64,000 bases of DNA from an uncultured delta proteobacterium. GTDB taxonomy: Bacteria; Desulfobacterota; Desulfuromonadia; Geobacterales; DSM-12255. The position numbers and the translations under genes are program-made. Below are positions 48,058 to 57,910 of the stretch, piece by piece. The notes below the pieces were generated by a model. That model did not search any database, had not been told where the DNA came from, and was given only the letters and a program-made list of their open reading frames with translations. Numbering within the stretch: position 1 is the first letter of the stretch; the number at the start of each line of letters is the position of its first letter. The stretch spans positions 160,001-224,000 of the forward strand of contig CAWBBV010000007.1 in NCBI GenBank assembly GCA_963787125.1, read 5' to 3'.

Positions 48058-48777
48058 TTAGTAGTTTCCGCCGGTCAGCACTGCTGTCACACTCCCGACT
48101 GTTACCTTGGTTTGCGCTTTGACCGGGATCCTCCTGGCGTCATCAGTCAACCAGATATACGCCCCCCGCTTCCCTTCGAAAACACCTTCCGCTTTGACCA
48201 TAGGCTCCAAAACTATCGTGTCAAACTCCCCTGCAGGCACTTTTATCCGCTCTCTTCTCAGTACGCGGATTTCGATTCGGTGTAGCTGCTTACTGTCCAG
48301 AATATTAATATAGAGCGACTTTCCAGGCTCCAGAGTCTGGTAGCGGACATAATAGAAGCTTGAATAAATATCAAAGGTTTCTGTTTCAAGCGGGATGAAG
48401 AGATGCTCGCCGTTTTTCTTGTCAAAAAAATGGGCGGTCTTCTCCGTAGGGTTGAAGCTAATCTCCCGATTCCTGACACGAGACCCCTCCTTGAAAAGCA
48501 TCTTGAAGTTTCTGGTCGTTCCGGGGAACTCTCCCTGTTTTTCTAGAATGCTCTCAGTTCGGTCATCAACTGGAAAGAATGTGGAAAGCCAGTCGTTGGA
48601 TCTGGCGGTTGAGAGAATCTTCCGGACCTCACCTTCGTCAACTATTTCCTGCGTCGCAACGCCGACAGGAATACCTGTCCAACTGAGGCTGTAGATGAGT
48701 TTTTCAGGTATCTTAGGCTCGGCGAAGGAGGGGGTAGCTGCGAGAAGAATTATGAGGAGCGGGAAGATTAGTTTCAT
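48058..48777 (-). CDS. DUF3108-like exported protein
   Basis: Signal peptide, E.L.Y..SW.G, VPAGEF, WLTDD.RRIPV. Confidence 0.75.
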   Translation of the reverse strand: MKLIFPLLIILLAATPSFAEPKIPEKLIYSLSWTGIPVGVATQEIVDEGEVRKILSTARSNDWLSTFFPVDDRTESILEKQGEFPGTTRNFKMLFKEGSRVRNREISFNPTEKTAHFFDKKNGEHLFIPLETETFDIYSSFYYVRYQTLEPGKSLYINILDSKQLHRIEIRVLRRERIKVPAGEFDTIVLEPMVKAEGVFEGKRGAYIWLTDDARRIPVKAQTKVTVGSVTAVLTGGNY

Positions 48778-48795
48778 ATAGTCAGACAATAGTAG

Positions 48796-49003
48796 TCAGG
48801 AGTCAGTCTTCAGCTAGGAGACTGTCGGAATTAGAATAAATCTGCTGCAAATCCGTCTGAACGGTCCATATTTATCCGCTTTCTTGGTCAATAGGACGAC
48901 TATTGACCTGCAAAATCGACTAAATCTGTCCTCGTCCAGCCGAATTTTCGCTTTTATTTCCTAAGTCCGACAGACTCCTGAAAAGCTTTATTCTGACTCC
49001 TGA
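48796..49003. mobile_element. MITE-like element (48816-48979) nested inside an 11-bp inverted repeat
   Basis: Inner IRs aggagactgtcggaattag / ctaagtccgacagactcct; central hairpin ggtcaatag-gacga-ctattgacc; outer tcaggagtcag / ctgactcctga. Confidence 0.7.
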
Positions 49004-49010
49004 ATGCCGG

Positions 49011-51296
49011 CTACTGTTTTGCCTCCTGCTTTTTCTCCTGAGTCGAATATTCACAACCTTCTTTCGGACATTTCAAGAACTCACCTGTCCGTTTGTAAAC
49101 CTTTTTCACCAGGAGTGGAAAGCCGCATTGCGGGCAGGGCTGTTCGATCGGCAGATCCCAGAGAGCAAACTTGCACTGCGGATAGCGGTTGCAGGAGTAG
49201 AACATTTTGCCGTAGCGGGATTTCTTTTCGATCAGCTCGCCTTCCTTGCATTCAGGGCAGACTACGCCTGTCCCTTTTGGCTTGTTAAGCGGTTGAATGT
49301 TCTTGCAGGCAGGATAGCCGGAACATGCGAGGTATTTGCCGTAGCGACCATCTTTTATCAACATCGGTTGGTCGCACTTTTCACATTTCTCTTCCGACAG
49401 TACCGGTTCGGCAACTTCGCTGCCATCCTGCACAAGCGGCCGGGTGTAGCGACAGCCTTCCCGATAACCACTACAGGCAATGAATTTGCCCCGCTTACCG
49501 AGTTTGACGGCAAGTTGTTGCCCACACTCGGGACAGTTTTCGGCCAGTGCCTCGGTTGTCAGCTCTTCTTTGCTGACTTCCCCTTCCTTTTGCTTCAAGA
49601 GTGCCGCAAAAGGGGTCCAGAACTCCTCTACCAACGGTTTCCACTGCTTCTCCCCCCGGGAGATCTGATCAAGCTCTTCTTCGAGTCCGGCAGTGAAGTT
49701 GTAATCAACGTATCTGGTAAAGTGAGTTGTCAAAAGATCACTCACAATCATACCGATATCTTCCGGGAAGAAACGTTTCTTGTCGAGACGGCAGTATTTG
49801 CGTTCAACCAGGGTGTTCATGGTGCTGGCATAGGTTGACGGTCTGCCGATGCCGTACTCTTCGAGAGTTTTGACCAGTGTTGCCTCAGTATAGCGTGGCG
49901 GTGGCTGAGTGAAATGCTGTTCCGGCAGAAGTTCCTGCAGCGGCAACTGATCCCCCTCTGTCAGCGGCGGCAAGGTGCCTTCACGTTCTTCTGTTTCATC
50001 ATCAATCCCCTCAGTGTAGAGCTTCATAAAGCCGGCAAAGCGAACAACGGTGCCAGCGGCACGGAAGGTGTATCCTTTGCCCGCAGAGATATCAACCGAA
50101 GTCTGATCCAGCAGCGCCTCTGCCATTTGACAGGCAACGGTTCTCTTCCAGATAAGATCATAAAGCTTGAACAGGTCAGGGGAGAGATATTTTTTCAATT
50201 CAAGCGGAGTCTTGGAAATGTAGGTCGGCCTGACCGCTTCGTGAGCCTCCTGGGCATTTTTGGATTTATTTTTGTAAAATCGCGGCTTTGCCAAAGCATA
50301 ATCTTTGCCGTAAAGAGAGGTTATCACCTCTTTCGCCTCATCCAGCGCTTGATTGGAGAGGGCAACACTGTCAGTACGCATATAGGTGATAAGACCGACA
50401 GTCCCTTCGCCGACATCAATCCCCTCGTAAAGTTTCTGGGCAGTTGACATGGTTTTCTTAGCAGAATAGCCGAGCTTTCTGGAAGCCTCCTGCTGGAGCG
50501 TCGAGGTAGTGAATGGCGGGGAGGGCTGCCGCTTGCGCTCGCTCTTTGTTACTTTATCGACCCTGTAAGCTGCTGGTGCAAGGGTTGCAACAAGCCCGTC
50601 AGCAGCCGCTTTGTCCGGAATGTCAAACTTGGCCAGCTTCTTTCCCGCCGCTTCGATGAGATTTGCCTTGAACGGCTGTTCGCCTTTACCGGAAAGTTTC
50701 GCTCCGATGGTCCAATACTCCTGTTCGATGAACGCCAGAATCTCCTTTTCCCGTTCACAGACAAGCCGCAAAGCCACCGACTGCACCCGCCCGGCAGAAA
50801 GCCCGTAACGGATTTTTTTCCAGAGAAAGGGAGATAGATTAAAACCTACCAGATAGTCCAGAACTGACCTGGCTTGTTGGGCATCAACCAGATCGATGGC
50901 AATGTCGCGCGGGTTTTCTACCGCTTCTATGATCGCCCCTTTGGTGATTTCGTGGAATACTACCCGCTTGATCGGAATGGTGCTCTTTTTGCCGGTCAGT
51001 CCCAGCGCTGCCAGAAGATGCCAGGAAATCGCCTCACCCTCCCGGTCGGGGTCAGTTGCAAGGAGAAGAGTGTCGGCGTCTTTCAGCGCTTTTTTGATGG
51101 CGTCGAGATGTTTTTTGCTTTCCGGCAGGACAGCATATTTCGGTTCAAATCCGTTTTCGATATCGACCGAACCCTGCTTGCTCGGCAGTGCCCGAACATG
51201 CCCGAAAGAAGCGAGGACCTGATAACCCGGCCCCAGGAATTTCTCAATGGTTTTCGCCTTTGCCGGCGACTCGACGATGACAAGTTTGTTTGACAT
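49011..51296 (-). CDS. topA: DNA topoisomerase I
   Basis: VESPAKAKTI, DPDREGE, ITYMRTDS, GIGRPSTY, C4 zinc ribbons. Confidence 0.97.
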   Translation of the reverse strand: MSNKLVIVESPAKAKTIEKFLGPGYQVLASFGHVRALPSKQGSVDIENGFEPKYAVLPESKKHLDAIKKALKDADTLLLATDPDREGEAISWHLLAALGLTGKKSTIPIKRVVFHEITKGAIIEAVENPRDIAIDLVDAQQARSVLDYLVGFNLSPFLWKKIRYGLSAGRVQSVALRLVCEREKEILAFIEQEYWTIGAKLSGKGEQPFKANLIEAAGKKLAKFDIPDKAAADGLVATLAPAAYRVDKVTKSERKRQPSPPFTTSTLQQEASRKLGYSAKKTMSTAQKLYEGIDVGEGTVGLITYMRTDSVALSNQALDEAKEVITSLYGKDYALAKPRFYKNKSKNAQEAHEAVRPTYISKTPLELKKYLSPDLFKLYDLIWKRTVACQMAEALLDQTSVDISAGKGYTFRAAGTVVRFAGFMKLYTEGIDDETEEREGTLPPLTEGDQLPLQELLPEQHFTQPPPRYTEATLVKTLEEYGIGRPSTYASTMNTLVERKYCRLDKKRFFPEDIGMIVSDLLTTHFTRYVDYNFTAGLEEELDQISRGEKQWKPLVEEFWTPFAALLKQKEGEVSKEELTTEALAENCPECGQQLAVKLGKRGKFIACSGYREGCRYTRPLVQDGSEVAEPVLSEEKCEKCDQPMLIKDGRYGKYLACSGYPACKNIQPLNKPKGTGVVCPECKEGELIEKKSRYGKMFYSCNRYPQCKFALWDLPIEQPCPQCGFPLLVKKVYKRTGEFLKCPKEGCEYSTQEKKQEAKQ

Positions 51297-51333
51297 ATGT
51301 ACCTGTTATTATAGTTTTATTTTAATAATGCGT

Positions 51334-52419
51334 TCATGATAGTGAAAACAACTTCCCCGGAATCTGCATAACAGCGCCTTGCAGCTCAAGGCGAAGGAGC
51401 ATAACGGAAACAGCTGCGACTGTCAATCCGCTCCGGACGGTCAGCTCATCGATATGCAGAGGTTTATCGGCTAGTAATCGACACATCTGCTCTTCATCAG
51501 CACTGAAACTGAACCCCTGATTTTGAGCCCACAGGGGAAGATTAACGCTCTCCGGCGGGAGTTCTCCCATAATATCGGCGACGGTTTCAACAAGTTTCGC
51601 CCCCTGTTTTATGAGGCTATTCGTGCCACGGCTTGCCCGGAAGTTAATGTTCCCGGGGACAGCAAAGACCTCCCGTCCCTGTTCCAGGGCGAATCGGGCA
51701 GTTATGAGCGAACCGCTCTTTTCTGCGGCTTCAACAACAAGCACTCCTCTCGACATGCCGCTGATAATTCTGTTGCGCCGGGGAAAGTTGCTGGCATCCG
51801 GCTGGGTGCCGGGGGGGAATTCGCTGACAATGGCAGCTTTTTCCTCCATCTGCCGGTAAAGCTGCCGGTTCTCGGCAGGATAAACGAGATCAATGCCGCA
51901 GCCAAGCACCCCGACAGTGGCGCCGGACACCTGCAGCGCGCCTTTATGTGCGGCAGCATCAACCCCCATTGCCAGGCCTGAAACAATTGTTACCCCTTGT
52001 TCGGCCAGCTCACGAGCAAATTTTGCGGTAACAGACAGGCCGTAATCCGATGCCCGGCGGGAGCCGACAATAGCAATCGCTGTTTTTGCAGCCGGGAGCT
52101 TGCCTTTCAGGTAAAGGTATGGAGGCGGATCGGAAATCTCTTTTAGCAGCACGGGGTAGTCGTCATCAAGCAGCGTCACCAGTTTTGCACCGCTTTTGTT
52201 AAGAGCAGCGGCGGCGAGCTCTGCTTCCCGGCTGTAATCATGATTGATTAGCGAGAGTGCGGCCGAGGAATTTACCCCTTTAATACGGGATATCTCGTCA
52301 AGCGATGCCGCCAAAGCTTTGGCCGGTGAACCGAAATGTTCAATCAGACGTCGATAGGTTACATTCCCCACCAGCGGCACTGAGCGCAGCGCAAACCAGT
52401 AAAAAGGATCATCAGTCAT
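51334..52419 (-). CDS. dprA: DNA processing protein
   Basis: IVGSR, SGLAMGVD, FPRRNRIISG, SGSLITA. Confidence 0.95.
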   Translation of the reverse strand: MTDDPFYWFALRSVPLVGNVTYRRLIEHFGSPAKALAASLDEISRIKGVNSSAALSLINHDYSREAELAAAALNKSGAKLVTLLDDDYPVLLKEISDPPPYLYLKGKLPAAKTAIAIVGSRRASDYGLSVTAKFARELAEQGVTIVSGLAMGVDAAAHKGALQVSGATVGVLGCGIDLVYPAENRQLYRQMEEKAAIVSEFPPGTQPDASNFPRRNRIISGMSRGVLVVEAAEKSGSLITARFALEQGREVFAVPGNINFRASRGTNSLIKQGAKLVETVADIMGELPPESVNLPLWAQNQGFSFSADEEQMCRLLADKPLHIDELTVRSGLTVAAVSVMLLRLELQGAVMQIPGKLFSLS

Positions 52420-52440
52420 TTATCGTTATAGCCAAAAATA

Positions 52441-53514
52441 TCAGCGCCCCTTCTTCATCTCCAGCCTGTCGCCCTTATAGATGGTATCAATACTTTTTAT
52501 TACAAGGGCAGTTGACGTATTTTCGGCTGTAGCAACTATAAGCAGTGCCCCGATAACATCAACAGGCAGGTCGTAATCTGATTTGGAAAAGTAATCTATC
52601 TCTACCTTCACCTTACGCACAACATAGAGAATGTTGCCGGGCTGCACACCCTGGCGGCTCCCAAGGTCGATATAGGCAATATCACCGGCAGCTACAGCCT
52701 GAATGCCGGTTCTGGTTTCCACTATATATCCCGAAAGATCAACTTCAGGAGCTTTAAGCACGATTTCCTTTTTCCCGCTCTTATATGGCAAAAGGACAGC
52801 TCCTGGCTCAATCTCCAGGAAAGTCTCGGTGATAAGTCCCTTGGAGCTTTTGTCAGCCATTTCGGTCAGCTGGATAACCCCTAAAGGGATTGCTTTGTAG
52901 CCCAGGATCTGATTTGTTACCGGATGGCTTATCTGTGAATGCCGCTTGTAGACATTGAAGCGATCACCGGCCTTAACCCCCTGCCTGCGGCCCATGTCAG
53001 TGTAGATAACATCATCAACGGCAAAGATCTGCCGGTTGTGCTGACCGGCTATAACAATGCCGACAGGTTTGAAGTCATCACCGGCTATAAAACCTTCACC
53101 GCCATTGAGCGTGAAGTAGCGTTCTTCTGTTGTCTGTTCCGGCGCTGCAGCAAATTGTGGAGATGCACCCACCGGAGCAGCCTTTGGTGCCCCGGAGCTT
53201 GCTGCCGCTTCTGCTTGAGGCTGAGCAGCCGTCTCTTTTCTCACGGTCTCAATCTCGATTCTGTCAGGGTAAACTTTCAGTTTCTGACCTGGAAAGATAA
53301 AATGGGGATTCAAAATCTTGTTGGGATTACGAGCCCAGAGGTCAGGCCAGTAGTGCGGATCTTTCATGAAGCGTTCTGAAAGCCCCCAAAGAGTATCCCC
53401 TTTTTTGACGATATAAACTGTCGGCTCACCATTCTGGCCGGCATATCCGGCTCCGCAGACAAAAAGTGTTGAAACTAGAGCAGCCGCAGCTGCCAGGCAT
53501 CTGAAGAATCTCAT
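52441..53514 (-). CDS. LysM peptidoglycan-binding protein
   Basis: YIVKKGDTLWGLS..WPDLW..NPHFIFPGQ; typical dprA neighbour. Confidence 0.9.
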   Translation of the reverse strand: MRFFRCLAAAAALVSTLFVCGAGYAGQNGEPTVYIVKKGDTLWGLSERFMKDPHYWPDLWARNPNKILNPHFIFPGQKLKVYPDRIEIETVRKETAAQPQAEAAASSGAPKAAPVGASPQFAAAPEQTTEERYFTLNGGEGFIAGDDFKPVGIVIAGQHNRQIFAVDDVIYTDMGRRQGVKAGDRFNVYKRHSQISHPVTNQILGYKAIPLGVIQLTEMADKSSKGLITETFLEIEPGAVLLPYKSGKKEIVLKAPEVDLSGYIVETRTGIQAVAAGDIAYIDLGSRQGVQPGNILYVVRKVKVEIDYFSKSDYDLPVDVIGALLIVATAENTSTALVIKSIDTIYKGDRLEMKKGR

Positions 53515-53533
53515 ATACAACCTCGCTAACTCT

Positions 53534-54253
53534 CTATTTCCCGTCAAGCTGTTGTTTAGCTCTAACTGCGGCATCACTTCCAGGATATTGCTCCATAACC
53601 TGCCGCAAGACGGCAGCCCCTTTTGCTCCGGAATCGAGACGATACCACGCCATGCCGATACGCAGCAGTGCCTCAGAACTTCTCTTTTGGGGAGGATTCA
53701 TCTCAAGAACCCTGGTGAAAGAGTCTATTGCCTCTTTATAGCGACCCTCACTGAAATGGCACTCGCCCAACCAGTAGCGGGCATTTGCCGCATATTCACT
53801 CTCCGGATATGCGGCAATAAAAGAGTTGAATGCCTCGGCAGCTTCCCTGTAGTTGTTAGCGCTAAAAAGGCCAAAAGCCTTCATGTAGGCGGCCTGGACA
53901 GACTCTTCACGCCCGGCGGCAATGCTCTCCTGATTTACAAGCTCGATAGTAGCTGACTGCCGGGTTGACGCTTCAAGCTGGGCGAGCCTGTTTGAGAGAA
54001 TCTTCACCCGCCCCTGCAGTGCGTCATATTGCAACTGCAGTTCCTTTTCAGCTATGACCCGCTTGAGCGACTGCTCCTTAAGTTCATGAATCTGAACGTT
54101 AGCGGCAGTAAGTTCAGCCTTGGCGCTATTGTGAGCCTGCATAACCTGCTCCAGCCGCCCCTCCAGACTGCTCTGCCGCTGGACAATCAGATCATTGCCG
54201 GCACATCCGGTTAAACCGGTAAAGAGAAACAGAAAGGGAGCGATTCGCCGCAC
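53534..54253 (-). CDS. cpoB: Tol-Pal TPR lipoprotein
   Basis: Lipobox LTGC, coiled coil, YPES.YA.NA.YWLGE. Confidence 0.82.
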   Translation of the reverse strand: MRRIAPFLFLFTGLTGCAGNDLIVQRQSSLEGRLEQVMQAHNSAKAELTAANVQIHELKEQSLKRVIAEKELQLQYDALQGRVKILSNRLAQLEASTRQSATIELVNQESIAAGREESVQAAYMKAFGLFSANNYREAAEAFNSFIAAYPESEYAANARYWLGECHFSEGRYKEAIDSFTRVLEMNPPQKRSSEALLRIGMAWYRLDSGAKGAAVLRQVMEQYPGSDAAVRAKQQLDGK

Positions 54254-54333
54254 AGGGGTCTCCTTGAAGTAACTGCTGGACTTTTGCAAAATCATCTAAA
54301 TCAAGGACAATTAAAGCCTTTCACCCGCTTTTG

Positions 54334-55065
54334 TCAAGGAGAAAGCCGCAGGAAAGCAAGCGATTTGAGCGTTCTGCCGGTATTTGCAAAAATGAAGGCA
54401 TCAAGGAAACGGTTCACTGCAATGATTTCATCAGCATCGAAATGAACATGCCCGAATCTGCCGGTTTTCATCGCTTCAAGCAGGAGCGAGATACTTGTCC
54501 CCCCGAGTCTTTCCCCCCCTCGGCAGCAGCGTTGACAGTGTATCCCGTGACTACCACCATTTTGCCAGAAGCCGCCTGTAACTGCCAGCGTCACGCCACA
54601 GTCTGCGCAGCTTTCCAGTGGCGGTCGGTACCCCAGGATGTTGAGCAGATTGATTTCGAAGAAATGCCGGTCGGAAGGGACAACAGGGTGGAGGTCAAGC
54701 TGTTCAAGGTAGCTGCTTAAAAGTCTGAAGACTCTTTTGTTGGCAAGATTTTCCGGTGTTATAGCTGAAACCAGTTCAGCGGCATAGCCGGCATGAGCAA
54801 TCCGCGCAAAGTCCTGGCGAATGCCGGGATAGATCGTCACAGCCTCGGCATCCCTGATAGTGACAAGGCCTTCGGCAGGGATGAAGTTGACAGCAAGACG
54901 GGCAAAGAGTTCAAAAACGCCGCCGAAGCGTTTAACGCTGCTCCTGGCGCCGCGGGCGATACCGCTGATCCTGCCATGCTCTTTCGTATAAAGATGAATA
55001 ATCTTGTCGGTCTCGCGATAATCCATCATGCCGACAACGAGCGCTTCATCGGTAAGGCTTTTCAT
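54334..55065 (-). CDS. recO: DNA repair protein RecO
   Basis: DYRETDKII, ARGARSS.KRF, LGYRP..C..C zinc motif. Confidence 0.92.
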   Translation of the reverse strand: MKSLTDEALVVGMMDYRETDKIIHLYTKEHGRISGIARGARSSVKRFGGVFELFARLAVNFIPAEGLVTIRDAEAVTIYPGIRQDFARIAHAGYAAELVSAITPENLANKRVFRLLSSYLEQLDLHPVVPSDRHFFEINLLNILGYRPPLESCADCGVTLAVTGGFWQNGGSHGIHCQRCCRGGERLGGTSISLLLEAMKTGRFGHVHFDADEIIAVNRFLDAFIFANTGRTLKSLAFLRLSP

Positions 55066-55592
55066 GCTGTAATTGCCGTGTTCAGCGGAGCTTTTCTTCT
55101 GAGCTGGATAAAGTCGGCAGGTGGATCAAAAGAGATGCGCTCCCTTGCAATCTCCTCGAAATCTTCCGCATCGATACAAGGGAAAAAAGAGTCTCCCTCA
55201 AGTTCAAGATCGACAACTGTCAGGTAAATTTTTTCCGCAAAAGGCAGCGCCCGCGTATAAACCTCGCCGCCGCCACAGATAAAGACCTCGCCATCCGCCT
55301 CTGCCAGCCGCAGTGCAGCTGCAACAGAAGCGGTTACCAGCGTTCCTGCCGGAGCATAATCGGGCTGTCTGCTTACCACGATGGTCTTTCGGCCCGGCAG
55401 CGGCCTGCCGATACTCTCGAACGTTTTTCGCCCCATAATAACGGTATGCCCAAAAGTAAGCTCCCGAAACCTGCTCATATCCGCCGGGATACTCCAGGGG
55501 ATAGCACCATCTCTGCCGATGACCCGATTTCTGCTCATTGCCGCAATAATTGAAACAGTCACAATCCCGTTCCCGCCCTTGTTTTCAGCCAT
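55062..55592 (-). CDS. folA: Dihydrofolate reductase
   Basis: NRVIG..IPW..P.D, MGRKTFESIGRPLPGR, GGGEVY, GDSFFP; start reassigned because the ORF-track extension runs through repeat R1. Confidence 0.93.
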   Translation of the reverse strand: MAENKGGNGIVTVSIIAAMSRNRVIGRDGAIPWSIPADMSRFRELTFGHTVIMGRKTFESIGRPLPGRKTIVVSRQPDYAPAGTLVTASVAAALRLAEADGEVFICGGGEVYTRALPFAEKIYLTVVDLELEGDSFFPCIDAEDFEEIARERISFDPPADFIQLRRKAPLNTAITA

Positions 55593-55656
55593 TCCTGTCC
55601 AGCCCTTAAAAACCTTTACAATTCCCAGTTCCCGCCTTTCTTTACCTCTACCTGTA

Positions 55657-55715
55657 CCTGATTTTCCTTCCCAGCCAGCGCAAAGGTTTGGTGATCCGCC
55701 AGGAGAGAGAGGAAT
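55657..55715 (-). repeat. Direct repeat R1 (glycosyltransferase-tail repeat)
   Basis: Core gccagcgcaaaggtttggtgatccgcc at 55674-55700; minus strand reads SSLSWRITKPLRWLGRKIRYR*. Confidence 0.95.
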
Positions 55716-55826
55716 CAACTACATTACTGATGACTCAATAGTCTTTCGTACCCGAATCAATAAAACTTTATCAAATAAATCCGACATGCTATACAGTAAT
55801 ATAAAAGTAACCTTGGAGTAATAAAT

Positions 55827-56114
55827 ATGCCACAGGTCACGCCTTTCGATAAAACCATTATCAATTTCATGTCCAGCCATGGAGTATCTCAAATTGCCGT
55901 CTTCGGTTCGTATGCACGCGGTGAAGCTCGTCCCGACAGCGATCTAGACCTATTAGTCCGTTTTTCGGAACAAAAAAGCCTCCTCGGAGTGATCCGCCTG
56001 GAGCGCGAGTTATCGGAACTGCTTGGAGTCAAAATTGACCTGTTAACCGAACAGGCTATCAGCCCATACCTTATTGACCGGATCAGGAAGGAACTCAAGG
56101 TAATTGCCTTATGA
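55827..56114 (+). CDS. Minimal nucleotidyltransferase antitoxin (MNT), copy 1
   Basis: FGSYARGE..DSDLD. Confidence 0.9.
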   Translation: MPQVTPFDKTIINFMSSHGVSQIAVFGSYARGEARPDSDLDLLVRFSEQKSLLGVIRLERELSELLGVKIDLLTEQAISPYLIDRIRKELKVIAL

Positions 56115-56440
56115 TCCGCGACGACAGGGTCTATCTGTCACACATCATTGATGCTCTTCAACAGATTAGCGAATATACTAAAAACCTCGATTACGATGGT
56201 TTTAACGCAGCCCGCATTATTCAGGATGCTGTTATACGGCAATTCGAGATCATTGGCGAAGCTACAAAAAATCTTTCCGAAGAGTTTCGAATGAAACAGC
56301 CGGATATTCCGTGGAAAGACCTGGCAGGGTTCCGTGACAAGCTGATTCATCAATATTTCGGCGTCGACATCTCCATTGTATGGCGCTCAGTAGTCGATGA
56401 TATGCCTGTTTTACTGAAAGAATTCGGGGAGATTAAATAA
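56111..56440 (+). CDS. HEPN/DUF86 RNase toxin (HepT-like), copy 1
   Basis: EIIGEA, RDKLIHQY (RX4HXY). Confidence 0.9.
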   Translation: MIRDDRVYLSHIIDALQQISEYTKNLDYDGFNAARIIQDAVIRQFEIIGEATKNLSEEFRMKQPDIPWKDLAGFRDKLIHQYFGVDISIVWRSVVDDMPVLLKEFGEIK

Positions 56441-56518
56441 ACCCTGAGACTGCGTTCAGACACCCTCTCGACATGGCCCGATTCACCCTTCACCCTTCAC
56501 GTCTCACCAGATTCCCCC

Positions 56519-56560
56519 GCCAGCGCAAAGGTTTGGTGATCCGCCCGGAGAGGGAGGAAT
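56519..56560 (-). repeat. Direct repeat R2
   Basis: Same 27-bp core at 56519-56545; minus strand reads KPLHSSLSGRITKPLRW. Confidence 0.95.
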
Positions 56561-56689
56561 GTAGGGGCTTCATGTAAGGACAGATCTTATTAATAATAAA
56601 TTGTCCCCGAAACTCCCTAACAGAAAAACCCACTCTGGATTCTCCTGCAGCTGAGACTATCCGCCCATGGTTCCTGCATTTCCTCAGGA

Positions 56690-57004
56690 TCATGCAGCCT
56701 TGAGCAGTGGCACTTCGTCCAACTCTTTCAAATGATCCCTTTCCACTTTCCAAAGATCAACCGCCAACTGTGCATTCATCCAGAACTGGGCACTATTGCC
56801 AAAAAGCCGTGACAAGCGAAGCGCCATAAGCGGTGTTAATGCACGCCTCCCGTTCAGAAGTTCATTTACACTCTGTCGTGACACCTTGAGAGCAGCAGCC
56901 AGAGAGGAGACTGTGAGAGAATAGTCCGGCATAAACTCTTCGCGAAGAAGAGACCCTGGGTGGGTTGGTGCAATCATACGACTCTTTAAATTAGTTATGG
57001 ACAT
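56690..57004 (-). CDS. higA: HigA antitoxin
   Basis: PTHPGSLLREEF, ALRLSRLFG..AQFWMNAQ. Confidence 0.92.
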   Translation of the reverse strand: MSITNLKSRMIAPTHPGSLLREEFMPDYSLTVSSLAAALKVSRQSVNELLNGRRALTPLMALRLSRLFGNSAQFWMNAQLAVDLWKVERDHLKELDEVPLLKAA

Positions 57005-57017
57005 GGTAACCCTCTTT

Positions 57018-57299
57018 TTAGTGGTAGTCGGTAATTTCAACGTCATAGGCATCGCCGTCTTTAAAGATGAAACATATACGCCACTGCGCATTGATTGAAA
57101 TGGAGTATTGACCAGACCTGTCATCTATTAAAGCATGGAGACGATTACTTGGAGGGACTTTTAAATCTTCAATTGTGACGGCATAAGTCAGAAATTCAAG
57201 CCGCCGTATTGCTCGCTGGACAAGGTTTGGTGGCAGGTTACGCGAGCGTCCGGTCAGATAAAGAAACTCGGTTTGCTTGTCTGCAAAGGTCCTGATCAT
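57018..57299 (-). CDS. higB: HigB/RelE-family toxin
   Basis: MIRTFADK, PPSNRLH.L, SISIN.QWRICF, DYH. Confidence 0.92.
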   Translation of the reverse strand: MIRTFADKQTEFLYLTGRSRNLPPNLVQRAIRRLEFLTYAVTIEDLKVPPSNRLHALIDDRSGQYSISINAQWRICFIFKDGDAYDVEITDYH

Positions 57300-57305
57300 G
57301 GAGGA

Positions 57306-57334
57306 AGTGTAATATGTAACGTGACAAGTGTCAA
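57306..57334 (-). promoter_or_regulatory. Sigma70-type promoter of higBA
   Basis: TTGACA-17 nt-TACACT, 6 nt upstream of the higB ATG. Confidence 0.75.
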
Positions 57335-57388
57335 TAGCTTGCCATCCTTCCCCGTACCTACCGTAAATTCCATATTCTTCGCGCCTTT

Positions 57389-57516
57389 CTTCTACCTTTC
57401 CTAGTCCCCCGCACCTCAAATCTCAAACTTGATCCCCGATCCCAATTCCCAGATCACGACTTGACTCAAAACAGTTCCCAGTTCCCGCCTTTGCTTCACA
57501 ACAGTTCCCTGATCCC
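57389..57516. repeat. 128-bp spacer block S, copy 1
   Basis: Near-identical to 60451-60578. Confidence 0.9.
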
Positions 57517-57637
57517 AGATCCCGCCTTTCAGCCTTTGCGTATCTACAGTCTAAGGCCTTTTCACCTGTTTGCTTCCGCAGTCAATCTGCTGTAAAGTAT
57601 TGGCATTATCAAAATATTATCCCTTCAAGGTATAGAG

Positions 57638-57910
57638 GTGGACATGAAATCTGCAAACGCTACAACACTTGATCTCTCCAGCCTCCCGGAACAGGCACGA
57701 CAGGAAGTCACCGACTTCTACAATTTCCTGAAAACAAAATATCGCCAACGTACCGCACCGCTAAAAACATCTATTAAGAATAAATCATCAGCAACAACCT
57801 TGCTGACCGATTCAAAATTTATTGGTATGTGGAGCGACCGTCCGGAAATGAACGACCCTACAAAATGGGTAAGTGAATTAAGACAAAACTCTTGGAGTCG
57901 CCATGAGTAG
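57638..57910 (+). CDS. DUF2281-like antitoxin
   Basis: LPEQARQEV.DF..FL; FIGMWSDR..WV.ELR; overlaps the PIN gene. Confidence 0.78.
   Translation: MDMKSANATTLDLSSLPEQARQEVTDFYNFLKTKYRQRTAPLKTSIKNKSSATTLLTDSKFIGMWSDRPEMNDPTKWVSELRQNSWSRHE

Noticed and set aside
55593..55718. N-terminal extension of DHFR and the related 'PSPGGSPNLCAGWEGKS' ORFs (58291-58515, 59516-59830, 60478-60675)
   Set aside because: Alternative-frame translations of repeat R and its spacer units
205..55821. Numerous antisense and overlapping ORFs in the six-frame track (e.g. 4381-5208, 6785-7567, 9312-9980, 49128-49838)
   Set aside because: Shadow ORFs opposite well-supported genes, with no recognisable motifs
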